45,340 nucleotides of DNA from a virus: positions 1 through 45,340 of the IMG/VR virus record IMGVR_UViG_3300025889_000015; one strand, given 5' to 3'. Made by a program: the position numbers and the translations under genes. Positions 1-6,676 of the stretch are shown one piece after another. Numbering within the stretch: the stretch's first letter is position 1; the number at the start of each line of letters is the position of its first letter. The notes under the pieces were generated by a model. It searched no databases and had not been told where the DNA came from. It worked only from the letters and a program-made list of their open reading frames with translations.

Positions 1-127
1 AATCCAGATGGCCGATCAACTGCCAGCGGTACGCCGGATCGAATGACCCGCGCCGGAGCGTGGCGTAATGAACCGCCGCGGTGACTGACTTGATCTCGAG
101 CACGCCGTCGTCGCCGACAAGTCCGTC
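1..127. repeat. Terminal direct repeat, copy 1 (identical to 45214..45340)
   Basis: Base-by-base comparison shows aatccagatggccgatcaac...gacaagtccgtc at both ends. 127 nt equals a commonly used maximal assembler k-mer, so this is probably a circular-assembly overlap. Confidence 0.95.
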
Positions 128-439
128 CGGCGAATCGCCATGCGTCTCGTGATCGAAGAAGCCACCGTTTCCTACCTCGACGAAAAACTCGTCTTCGTAA
201 AGCATCCGGGCGATTGGCTCCTGCTCGTGGCCGCGCTCGGTGTGATCATTGGAGAAGCTGAACTCAGCCTTCCGGCCGTTCGCTATCTCCAGGGCGATCT
301 GCAGCGCGTACTTCTTCGCCGGGTCGCCGAACGCCTTGCCTTCGTTTGCCATGAAGCACCCGAAGTTGGATGCCGTGGCCTTTCCCGTTCTCAACGCCTG
401 CCATGCATCCGTATTTTGCTCAATGTCATGCCATTGCAC
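1..439 (-). CDS. YqaJ/lambda-Exo-type PD-(D/E)xK exonuclease, N-terminal part (gene split by the linearisation point; continues in 45035..45340)
   Basis: The minus frame is open from GTG at 439, with GAGGAG upstream and a 14-nt overlap with the stop of 426..935. It reads VQWHDIEQNTDAWQALRTGKATASNFG...HGDSPDGLVGDDGVLEIKS and runs off coordinate 1. It joins ORF 45035..45316 through the 127-nt overlap, giving 205 aa in total. Confidence 0.75.
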   Translation of the reverse strand, partial: MQWHDIEQNTDAWQALRTGKATASNFGCFMANEGKAFGDPAKKYALQIALEIANGRKAEFSFSNDHTERGHEQEPIARMLYEDEFFVEVGNGGFFDHETHGDSPDGLVGDDGVLEIKSVTAAVHYATLRRGSFDPAYRWQLIGHLD

Positions 440-935
440 CTTGGCACTCCTCGATCAGAATCTTCTGATTCGCCTCGGTCATTGCAGCGCGTGCCAGCAC
501 GGAATCAAGGTTGCCGTCCCGCTGGTATGCCTTCTTGGCGTTATCCCATGCCTTGGTTCCCGGCTCGATCTGCCGCTTCTCCGGCGTGTGCGGGCTGATG
601 CGTAGGCCTTCCATGACCTCTTTTCCGAAGCGCACGTTCTGGTCGACATAGATCGTGACGCGCACGTTCTGCCAGTCTTCGATAAATGCCGATCCGGTCA
701 GCTGCTTCAGCGTCTTGCTGTTGGTTGCGTTCAGGATCATTGGCTTCAGTGGCTCGCCCGGCCGGATCTCTCGCTCGACGAAGTAAGCCGTGTTGAACAC
801 GTCCTTCGTCTTCTTCGTGCGGTCGGTGTCGAGGCGAACATGCTTGATCGTGAGCACCGTCGGCTCGACCAGATCAGCGCTGCTCAGGTACGGCGAATCG
901 AATGCCTTGCGGTAGTGGGTCTTTGTCTCAGACAC
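426..935 (-). CDS. Hypothetical protein, translationally coupled to the exonuclease; candidate annealase or ssDNA-binding partner by position only
   Basis: 169-aa ORF (MSETKTHYRKAFDSPYLSSADL...). Its stop overlaps the exonuclease GTG start. I recognise no Bet, RecT, Erf or Rad52 motif. Confidence 0.6.
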   Translation of the reverse strand: MSETKTHYRKAFDSPYLSSADLVEPTVLTIKHVRLDTDRTKKTKDVFNTAYFVEREIRPGEPLKPMILNATNSKTLKQLTGSAFIEDWQNVRVTIYVDQNVRFGKEVMEGLRISPHTPEKRQIEPGTKAWDNAKKAYQRDGNLDSVLARAAMTEANQKILIEECQGAMA

Positions 936-978
936 AGGGGCTCCTCGGCCGCATCGCGCAGCCTGTCAGTAGGTTGGT

Positions 979-1131
979 TTATCCGAAAAGTTTGTAGATC
1001 GCCGCCTCGCCAGCCAGGCCGATCAGCAGCACGCCAGCCAGCACGCCGAACCCGGTAAGGGTCCACCACGCCGCTGCGAAGCTGTGGCCTGTGGGGGTGT
1101 CGTCGTAGGGGAGGGATTGGGTGCGGTTCAT
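979..1131 (-). CDS. Small membrane protein (50 aa)
   Basis: ATG 1131 forms an ATGA overlap with the stop of 1128..1694. Contains the hydrophobic helix WWTLTGFGVLAGVLLIGLAG. Confidence 0.5.
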   Translation of the reverse strand: MNRTQSLPYDDTPTGHSFAAAWWTLTGFGVLAGVLLIGLAGEAAIYKLFG

Positions 1132-1694
1132 GGGGTCACCTTGCGGTAGCCGGCGTCGTAGAGGGCGGCGCAATGCTGCTCAGCCTCTCGGTAGTCGCTA
1201 AACGACAGATGTCCTTTCATCTCCAAGATGGCGGCTCGGCGCTCTTCCGCAGCGATCTGCTCGGGCGTGCGAAGGGGCCGGAACACCGGGGCGTCTTCTT
1301 TCCAGTGGTCTATGGCGATCTCGACGCCTTCGGAATCGATAAGGCTGGACTCGGCCTTCCGCGTGTCGCGGAGCACAATCAGCCACTCCGACAAGTAGGC
1401 GACCTCGACCTTCAGCCACGTTCCGGCATGCTTCCATTCACACACCGTCCCCACTGGCGGCAGGCCTTCGCCGGTCCAACTGACCGGCCGCTCCGCAATC
1501 ACTTCCCAAGACGAACGCCCGATTTCAGGGTACATCCCTGTATCGTCTTTGAAGCGGCCTAGTCCATTTCTACTAGCGAATCGCACGCTGCCCTTAAGTT
1601 CGGGTGCTCCATTCCAGTCGGCCGCAGGGCTCAGGGCAAAGTCATAGCCTTCCGGCGCCTTGCTCCAGTCGATCTCTTTCATCTGATTGCTCAT
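1128..1694 (-). CDS. Hypothetical protein (188 aa)
   Basis: ORF trimmed to ATG 1694 (MSNQMKEIDWSKAPEGY...), which overlaps the stop of the upstream small ORF as ATGA. Confidence 0.65.
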   Translation of the reverse strand: MSNQMKEIDWSKAPEGYDFALSPAADWNGAPELKGSVRFASRNGLGRFKDDTGMYPEIGRSSWEVIAERPVSWTGEGLPPVGTVCEWKHAGTWLKVEVAYLSEWLIVLRDTRKAESSLIDSEGVEIAIDHWKEDAPVFRPLRTPEQIAAEERRAAILEMKGHLSFSDYREAEQHCAALYDAGYRKVTP

Positions 1695-1816
1695 AGCGGC
1701 GCCCCGTTGGTGATTCGATCTGCAAGGCCGTGCACTACGGCGAAGAACGCTGTGGCCACGCCAGCGCAGAGCCAGAACACGGCTTTCTCTTTGGCGCGTT
1801 GATAACTTGATGCCAT
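1691..1816 (-). CDS. Small hydrophobic peptide (41 aa)
   Basis: MASSYQRAKEKAVFWLCAGVATAFFAVVHGL.... TGATG overlap with the upstream peptide and ATGA overlap with the downstream gene. Confidence 0.4.
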   Translation of the reverse strand: MASSYQRAKEKAVFWLCAGVATAFFAVVHGLADRITNGAPL

Positions 1817-1920
1817 CACACACCCCCCAGCAGGCCGACATGGGCAATTGATCCGAGACAGGCTGCCGTGAAGGCGAAGAAAGCCCAGCCGGCCAGCTCC
1901 TTGAGGACGTAGGCGGTCAT
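1816..1920 (-). CDS. Small hydrophobic peptide (34 aa)
   Basis: MTAYVLKELAGWAFFAFTAACLGSIAHVGLLGGV. ATGA overlap with the stop of 1917..2153. Too short to appear in the ORF track. Confidence 0.4.
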   Translation of the reverse strand: MTAYVLKELAGWAFFAFTAACLGSIAHVGLLGGV

Positions 1921-2153
1921 GGCTGCTCTCCTTGCAGGGCGGCGTCAATGGCGGCGTCTACGTCTTCGTTGCTGAAGACAGGCGATCCCATTACGACCTG
2001 AGATACTGATCCGCCCAGCTCACGCATGAGGAACCGATACCGCTCGGCATCCTTCGCCAGAGCATCCCGCTCAGCGAGAAGGGCTTCGATGCGCGCCTCC
2101 ATCTTGGCGATGGTCTGGTACGCGAATGCCAGCTTTCCTGTTGGCTTGCTCAT
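1917..2153 (-). CDS. Hypothetical protein (78 aa, coiled-coil-like)
   Basis: ORF-track entry. ATGA-type overlaps with both neighbours. Confidence 0.6.
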   Translation of the reverse strand: MSKPTGKLAFAYQTIAKMEARIEALLAERDALAKDAERYRFLMRELGGSVSQVVMGSPVFSNEDVDAAIDAALQGEQP

Positions 2154-2428
2154 GCCGCCTCCTCATCGCTTTCTAGCTGGAACTCACGCACCCGGTCAGT
2201 CAGTGCGCTCAGCTGATCAAGCACGTCCTTGTCGGTGGTGAAGGGCATGCCGGAGATGAACACGTAATCGCGGAACACGACGGTTTCAGAGCAGGCCGGA
2301 TAGACCGTCACGAAGACGCCGTTCGCGCTGCCCTGGTACGTCATAGTCACCTGATACCGCCCGGCCTCGGTTATCTCGAAGCAGAGGTCAAACAGGCTGA
2401 CCACTGCGCGCTGAATGTCGTGGTTCAT
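2150..2428 (-). CDS. Hypothetical protein (92 aa)
   Basis: ORF-track entry. 4-nt overlaps with both neighbours. Confidence 0.65.
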   Translation of the reverse strand: MNHDIQRAVVSLFDLCFEITEAGRYQVTMTYQGSANGVFVTVYPACSETVVFRDYVFISGMPFTTDKDVLDQLSALTDRVREFQLESDEEAA

Positions 2429-2631
2429 GCTGCTCTCCGTTGCTGGCTCACCAGCTCTGCGTGAATGCGGGCCAGCCGGCGCAAGTCGCCGACGGTCATG
2501 TATCGCTCTTGCTGGCAGTCGAAGTCCTCGTGGCTGCTAACGGTGATGATTTCACGGTCATCCGTGACCTTGCCGTGCCACTGCGCCGCCTCAAGGGCGA
2601 ACGGCTCCAGTGCCTCGATTAGCTCGTTCAT
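2425..2631 (-). CDS. Hypothetical protein (68 aa)
   Basis: Trimmed to ATG 2631 (MNELIEALEPFALEAAQWHG...) with GAGGA upstream. The longer 2820 start would read through a highly structured non-coding region. Confidence 0.55.
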   Translation of the reverse strand: MNELIEALEPFALEAAQWHGKVTDDREIITVSSHEDFDCQQERYMTVGDLRRLARIHAELVSQQRRAA

Positions 2632-2994
2632 GCTGAATCCTCGCGGAATGGCACCCACTGCAAAGCCCCCGTCCTGTATCGCAGGACCAGTGGTTACAAG
2701 GGGAGGCTTTGCGGTGAGTGCTGGGGTGCAGGAGGGGTGATGCAGTGGCCGGGCATCACTCCGGCGCGCCTTAACAATGCGGTGGCTCCGCAAGAGGACT
2801 CCCGGCCTTTCGGCCCGCAAGGAACTCCCTCTGACGACTTTCTCCCCCGGTGCGCCTAGGCTCCGGCATTTCTGCTGTTTGCGTGTCTATGGCTGCCACG
2901 CCGCACTGCATCGGTAGATGGTTTTGCTAGATCGGCACGGAATCACCATCACCGGCGCTCTCGTCACTGCAAAACCATCTCCGATACACGCTCC

Positions 2995-3297
2995 TTACGG
3001 GAGCGACTCGTTATCCCTTCCAATTCCTCCCCCACCACTCCCAGACAATCCATACGATCCAGATAGCGGTGAGGAGGAGTAAGCCGTGATAGGGGGTCGT
3101 TGCGGCGGGGCTGGCAGCGGCATCCAGTGGGTGATGTTCACGTAGCAGGTGTCACCGTCGAGGTACTGCCACGGCCGCACATCGCGGTTCTTGCGGATGG
3201 CGAAGAACGGCCCGTCTGTGGTTTTGCCAACCCTGCACACGATTACTTGTTTGTTGGGAGGCGGCAGCTCCGTCTCAACGCTTATCCATTCGCTCAT
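2995..3297 (-). CDS. DUF551-like phage protein
   Basis: WISVETELPPPNKQVIV...ITHWMPLPAPP matches the pattern I recall for DUF551. The tail is Gly/Ser-rich. Confidence 0.6.
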   Translation of the reverse strand: MSEWISVETELPPPNKQVIVCRVGKTTDGPFFAIRKNRDVRPWQYLDGDTCYVNITHWMPLPAPPQRPPITAYSSSPLSGSYGLSGSGGGGIGRDNESLP

Positions 3298-3329
3298 CTA
3301 ATCCTCCTATGTGCTGATGGGTGCCCGCT

Positions 3330-3578
3330 TCAGCCTGTCGCCGCTGTGCAATGGCCCGGCTGGGCGGTTGACCGAGCCTTTCCAACTTCGCGGCTGACCA
3401 GCTTCGGGAATTTCTTGGTGCGGATATCGCGCGCCTGTGAATCTGTCAGCAGATCGCAAAGCAGCATGTCCGTGATCGCGAGATTCAGCTTGTCGAGGTT
3501 TTCCGCCGCCTTGTCATCCAGCTCCGGAAATTGCTCTTTGAACGGCCGCGCCGCCCAACCTTGTTCGAACGTGTTCAT
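3330..3578 (-). CDS. Hypothetical protein (82 aa)
   Basis: ORF-track entry in the operon context. Confidence 0.55.
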   Translation of the reverse strand: MNTFEQGWAARPFKEQFPELDDKAAENLDKLNLAITDMLLCDLLTDSQARDIRTKKFPKLVSREVGKARSTAQPGHCTAATG

Positions 3579-3604
3579 TCCGTGCCCCTCGTCAGTTGAA
3601 TTCG

Positions 3605-3970
3605 TTAAGCCACCAACTCCACCTCATCCACTCGCTTAACCCTTGTCAGCGTCTGCTGCCGGGGTGCGTCTGGACGGCGTATCGGCCTGATCTGTGCGTG
3701 CTCTCCGCCTACCAGCAGAGCAACCATCAGCGGGGCGATGATTCCGCGCTTCATGGCTTCGCGGCACAGCTCGCGCACTGTCGGTTGGTTGTTCAACCTG
3801 ATGCGCGCAGTCTCGAGCTGCGTCTTGATCGTTTCCGGGCTGCACTCCATGTGCCTTGCGATTTCCTTTCTGGTGAACCCCAGGGTCGCGTAAATCGTTG
3901 CCATCAACTGCCGAGGGGCGAGGCCTTTTCCGAGGTGGCCTTGCCATCCTTCTACTTGGATAGTGCTCAT
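3605..3970 (-). CDS. LuxR/GerE-type HTH transcriptional regulator (121 aa), first gene of the PL-like operon
   Basis: Trimmed to ATG 3970 (GGGAGA upstream). LAPRQLMATIYATLGFTRKEIARHMECSPETIKTQLETARIRL fits the GerE HTH. It is followed by the hydrophobic stretch GIIAPLMVALLVGG. Confidence 0.7.
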   Translation of the reverse strand: MSTIQVEGWQGHLGKGLAPRQLMATIYATLGFTRKEIARHMECSPETIKTQLETARIRLNNQPTVRELCREAMKRGIIAPLMVALLVGGEHAQIRPIRRPDAPRQQTLTRVKRVDEVELVA

Positions 3971-4242
3971 ATCGTTCTCCCTGTCTCGGTTATTGCGTGC
4001 TTCCCGATGCAGCCTGTTGCCAAGCTGCATGAGTGAAATCTGGTGTCTCTCGCAAACCTCCACGCCGGTTCCCGGTGGCGGACGCATTGCGTTGTTTCGG
4101 TGCTGTCCAACAGAGCTCAATCGCCGGATTCACTCGGCGCCTGTTGGCACGTCTTCAAGTTGTTAAAGAGCGTTTTGGCCTGAGCCAGGGCATCTCTGCC
4201 GGTGTCGCTTGGTGCGCTGTGTCCTGCGCTTCCATGGGTTCT

Positions 4243-4271
4243 AATCTATGCGCTGACGCATTATCTGTCAA
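4243..4271 (-). promoter_or_regulatory. Strong sigma70-type promoter (PL-like): TTGACA, 17-nt spacer, TAGATT
   Basis: The minus strand reads cattgacagataatgcgtcagcgcatagattag. The spacer contains the palindrome ATGCGCTGACGCAT. The promoter lies 266 nt upstream of the LuxR-type gene. Confidence 0.6.
4248..4261. promoter_or_regulatory. Operator-like palindrome ATGCG-CTGA-CGCAT inside the PL-like promoter
   Basis: Shares the 9-mer TCTATGCGC with the PR operator at 7963..7971. A further TATGCGCGA box lies at 4290..4298. Confidence 0.45.
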
Positions 4272-4311
4272 TGCGTCCGCGCAAATATTTATGCGCGATT
4301 TTATGCGGACG

Positions 4312-4335
4312 AAAAAAAACCTGCCGGAGCAGGTT
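4312..4335 (-). terminator. Intrinsic terminator after the S24-like gene
   Basis: The minus strand shows hairpin aacctgc-tccg-gcaggtt followed by an 8-T run. Confidence 0.7.
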
Positions 4336-4345
4336 CTGTAATTCT

Positions 4346-4699
4346 TTAAGGTCGCCATCTGACCTCTATTACTCGGCCGACTGGCTCTAAAGAGGTTATG
4401 GGCCAGGACCGTTGTCGCTCGGACGCAATGCGCCTGCCAGTGCGGTCGTCAATCTGGATCCGGAAAATCCCTGCCTTCCCGTTAATAATGGCTAGCACGG
4501 CTGTGCCTGGCTCCATCGCCACATCGCGCGGATCAAACGTGACTTCGGCGTCCATGTCGGACTGATAAGTCAATTCGTTTGGTTTTACTTTGAGCTTACT
4601 GGTGTGCGCCCGATCGATGCCCTCATGAAAGGGGGACGATACTGCTTCATAAACCGGTTGTTCCATACGGACCTCATATCCTTTCGCCGCCGACGTCAT
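4346..4699 (-). CDS. Orphan S24/LexA-C-terminal-like beta-barrel protein, with no HTH and no obvious Ser-Lys dyad
   Basis: MEPGTAVLAIINGKAGIFRIQIDDRTG...LEPVGRVIEV resembles the distal half of S24 domains, including the CI C-terminus in this window. GDxMxP and the catalytic Lys context are absent. Confidence 0.45.
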   Translation of the reverse strand: MTSAAKGYEVRMEQPVYEAVSSPFHEGIDRAHTSKLKVKPNELTYQSDMDAEVTFDPRDVAMEPGTAVLAIINGKAGIFRIQIDDRTGRRIASERQRSWPITSLEPVGRVIEVRWRP

Positions 4700-4731
4700 A
4701 GTGGTGGCGAGGTGATGCTACTGCGTCACAG

Positions 4732-4760
4732 AAAAAAAGCGAGGCCCACTAAAGGCCCTC
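4732..4760 (-). terminator. Probable intrinsic terminator (bulged hairpin plus a 7-T run on the minus strand)
   Basis: The minus strand reads gagggcctttagtgggcctcgcttttttt. It lies 33 nt upstream of the S24-like gene start. Confidence 0.45.
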
Positions 4761-4998
4761 TTGATTACCCTGGTTATCGGCAAATCGGCCGGTTCGCCAA
4801 TGATGGCAACGACGCGGAAAGCAACCATTTTTCCGATAGGTTCCGCCTGTCTGGGTGTGCGCATTGTCGACACTTAGCGGCGGGCGAGTCATTCCCCTCA
4901 GTGAGGGTGTATATCCATACAGTATCTGTGGGAGAGTTCCGTAGCAAGCCGATAGGTCATGCGCGGAGTAGCTACGTGTAAAGAAAATCTACAGGCAC

Positions 4999-5050
4999 AA
5001 AAAAGGGGTATTCGGGAAAGGGTGTTGTTAGGCCCTTTCTGAATACCCCT
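4999..5050 (-). terminator. Strong intrinsic terminator after the transposase gene
   Basis: An approximately 18-bp stem pairs aggggtattcgggaaaggg with ccctttctgaatacccct. On the minus strand it is followed by tttttt. Confidence 0.75.
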
Positions 5051-5073
5051 AGGTGAGGTGGTTGGTTGTGTTG

Positions 5074-6414
5074 TTAGCCTTCCTCTCGGAAAGCTCCCGT
5101 TTCTGGTTCTGAGTACAGCTGCAGGATGCTGAAAATCGGAACGCCGTAATCCACCAACTCGTCCTCGATCGGCTCGACCGCCATGATTTCCCTGGCCAGG
5201 AACGGCGCTAGCCGCTTGGTCTCCGGTGGCTTCACTTTGTGCTCCAGGGTGAACATGATCTTGGCGCGGAACATCTCGAAGCTCAGGCCTCGTGCGTTAC
5301 GGTTTACGTCGCGCAGGTATCGATTGATCGACTCGGTTAGCGCGTTGGTGTAGCGCTGGGGAATGAACTTGAAGTAGTTGAAGATGTACTCGCCCCAGTT
5401 GGTCATCATGGTTGTGACGACCTTCCAGTCCTTCTCTTGCTCTGCAGGGATGCGCTGCCGCCACTCGTCATAGGCTTGCCTGGCTGCATGATGGGTCTTG
5501 CTATTCCAGATGCTGTAAAAGCCCTCCTTGAGGTTGTAGGCGGTGCCTAGCTCGGGGAACTGATCGAACCACGTCTTGATCTTCAGGTGCGCCCAGACGT
5601 CCAGGTCACGCCTACGCATCAGCATTAGCTTGCGGTCGCCTTTCATGGTGCGCTTCTGCGGAACGGTGAGGCCTCGCTTGATCCGCTTTCGTATCTGGTC
5701 CATCGCATCGTTGGCGTACCGCACAACGTGGAACTTATCGACGATGACTGTGGCGTTCGGGAACAGCTCTAGCGACACGTCTTTGTATGGGTGGAACATG
5801 TCTTGGCAAACGATCTGGACTCGATCCCGGCCGCGCATATTGGAGATGTAGTTATGGATTACGATCTTCTTGCGGTTAGGCAAAACGTCGATGATCGTCC
5901 TTTCTTCCAGGTTGATCAGGACGCACCGGTACTCGCCGCCAACAAGCAGTTCGTCAATGCCAAGAACACGCGGCAGCATGGGCCTGTAGCCCGCCTCCTG
6001 CTCGGCGCAGTAGTCGCGCAAAGCCCGGCGCACCACCGACTCATCAACGCCAAGATCGCGGGCTACCGCTGAGTTTGTGCTGGTCATGGCTTGCTTGATT
6101 ACGTAGGCATGGCAGCGCTTCGTCATGCGATGCTTCTCGTCGAAGTCCAATAGGGCCGGCGAGAACACTTTGCTGCATGTCTTGCACTTGTAGCGTCGAC
6201 GCATGCCCCATAACACGGTGCGCTTGCCTCTGATGGGCAGGTCAACGTACTTGGTCAGCTTCTTCGAGAAGCGGATCGACTGGCCGATGGCGCCGCAGGC
6301 AGTGCAGAACTCAGGGGAGGGAAACTCAACCTTGAACTGCAGATCGTGGTCGTCTTCCAGTAACTCCACGATTTGCACGTTTAACGGGTGAAGCAGGGAC
6401 AACGAGTCAGGCAC
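5074..6414 (-). CDS. ISL3-family transposase (446 aa)
   Basis: N-terminal zinc-finger region (CTACG...CKTCSKVF) and DDE region (LGIDELLVGGEYRCVLINLEERTIIDVLPNRK...IVCQDMFHPYK...VIVDKFHVVRYAN) are typical of ISL3. The GTG start overlaps the upstream stop as GTGCCTGA. No terminal inverted repeats were found by eye. Confidence 0.85.
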   Translation of the reverse strand: MPDSLSLLHPLNVQIVELLEDDHDLQFKVEFPSPEFCTACGAIGQSIRFSKKLTKYVDLPIRGKRTVLWGMRRRYKCKTCSKVFSPALLDFDEKHRMTKRCHAYVIKQAMTSTNSAVARDLGVDESVVRRALRDYCAEQEAGYRPMLPRVLGIDELLVGGEYRCVLINLEERTIIDVLPNRKKIVIHNYISNMRGRDRVQIVCQDMFHPYKDVSLELFPNATVIVDKFHVVRYANDAMDQIRKRIKRGLTVPQKRTMKGDRKLMLMRRRDLDVWAHLKIKTWFDQFPELGTAYNLKEGFYSIWNSKTHHAARQAYDEWRQRIPAEQEKDWKVVTTMMTNWGEYIFNYFKFIPQRYTNALTESINRYLRDVNRNARGLSFEMFRAKIMFTLEHKVKPPETKRLAPFLAREIMAVEPIEDELVDYGVPIFSILQLYSEPETGAFREEG

Positions 6415-6676
6415 TGACGTCCCCTTGGGCGGCTTTGGCTTCCTTCTCCGACTTCTCGACCTCTTTCAGCAGGCCGGTTCGCCCGTTCTTGACCATGATG
6501 TGGAAGTAGTGCCGGATCGACTCCAAGCGATAGATCGTCAGCGTTCTGTCCCACCAGTAATTGCAGGCTTTCTTCACAAGCCAGCCGGCGAACAGCGCCA
6601 AGGCGGCCGCGACGATCACCGTCACCGATGTCGCGATTACCGCCCCGCACCAGTAGAAAACTTGGTCAATGGTCAT
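6407..6676 (-). CDS. Single-pass membrane protein (89 aa)
   Basis: Has the N-terminal helix FYWCGAVIATSVTVIVAAALALFAGWLV and a charged C-terminus. ATGA overlap with the Lar-like gene, and an 8-nt overlap with the transposase start. Confidence 0.6.
   Translation of the reverse strand: MTIDQVFYWCGAVIATSVTVIVAAALALFAGWLVKKACNYWWDRTLTIYRLESIRHYFHIMVKNGRTGLLKEVEKSEKEAKAAQGDVSA

Noticed and set aside
140-605. Plus-strand ORFs 140..598 and 249..605
   Set aside because: They are antisense to the YqaJ-type exonuclease and its upstream partner, both of which have clear motifs or coupling on the minus strand.
2632-2994. Retron msr/msd interpretation of the long inverted repeats
   Set aside because: No reverse transcriptase gene exists anywhere in the window. 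The region is kept as an unexplained structured non-coding block instead.
4033-4358. ORFs 4033..4341 (+) and 4155..4358 (-) in the PL leader/terminator region
   Set aside because: They have no RBS, an implausible composition, and they overlap promoter, operator and terminator elements.
4787-4798. 12-nt match GGCCGGTTCGCC (also at 6472..6483) as a target-site duplication of the ISL3 element
   Set aside because: No inverted repeats abut the two copies, and ISL3 duplications are 8 bp. It is recorded only as an unexplained short duplication.
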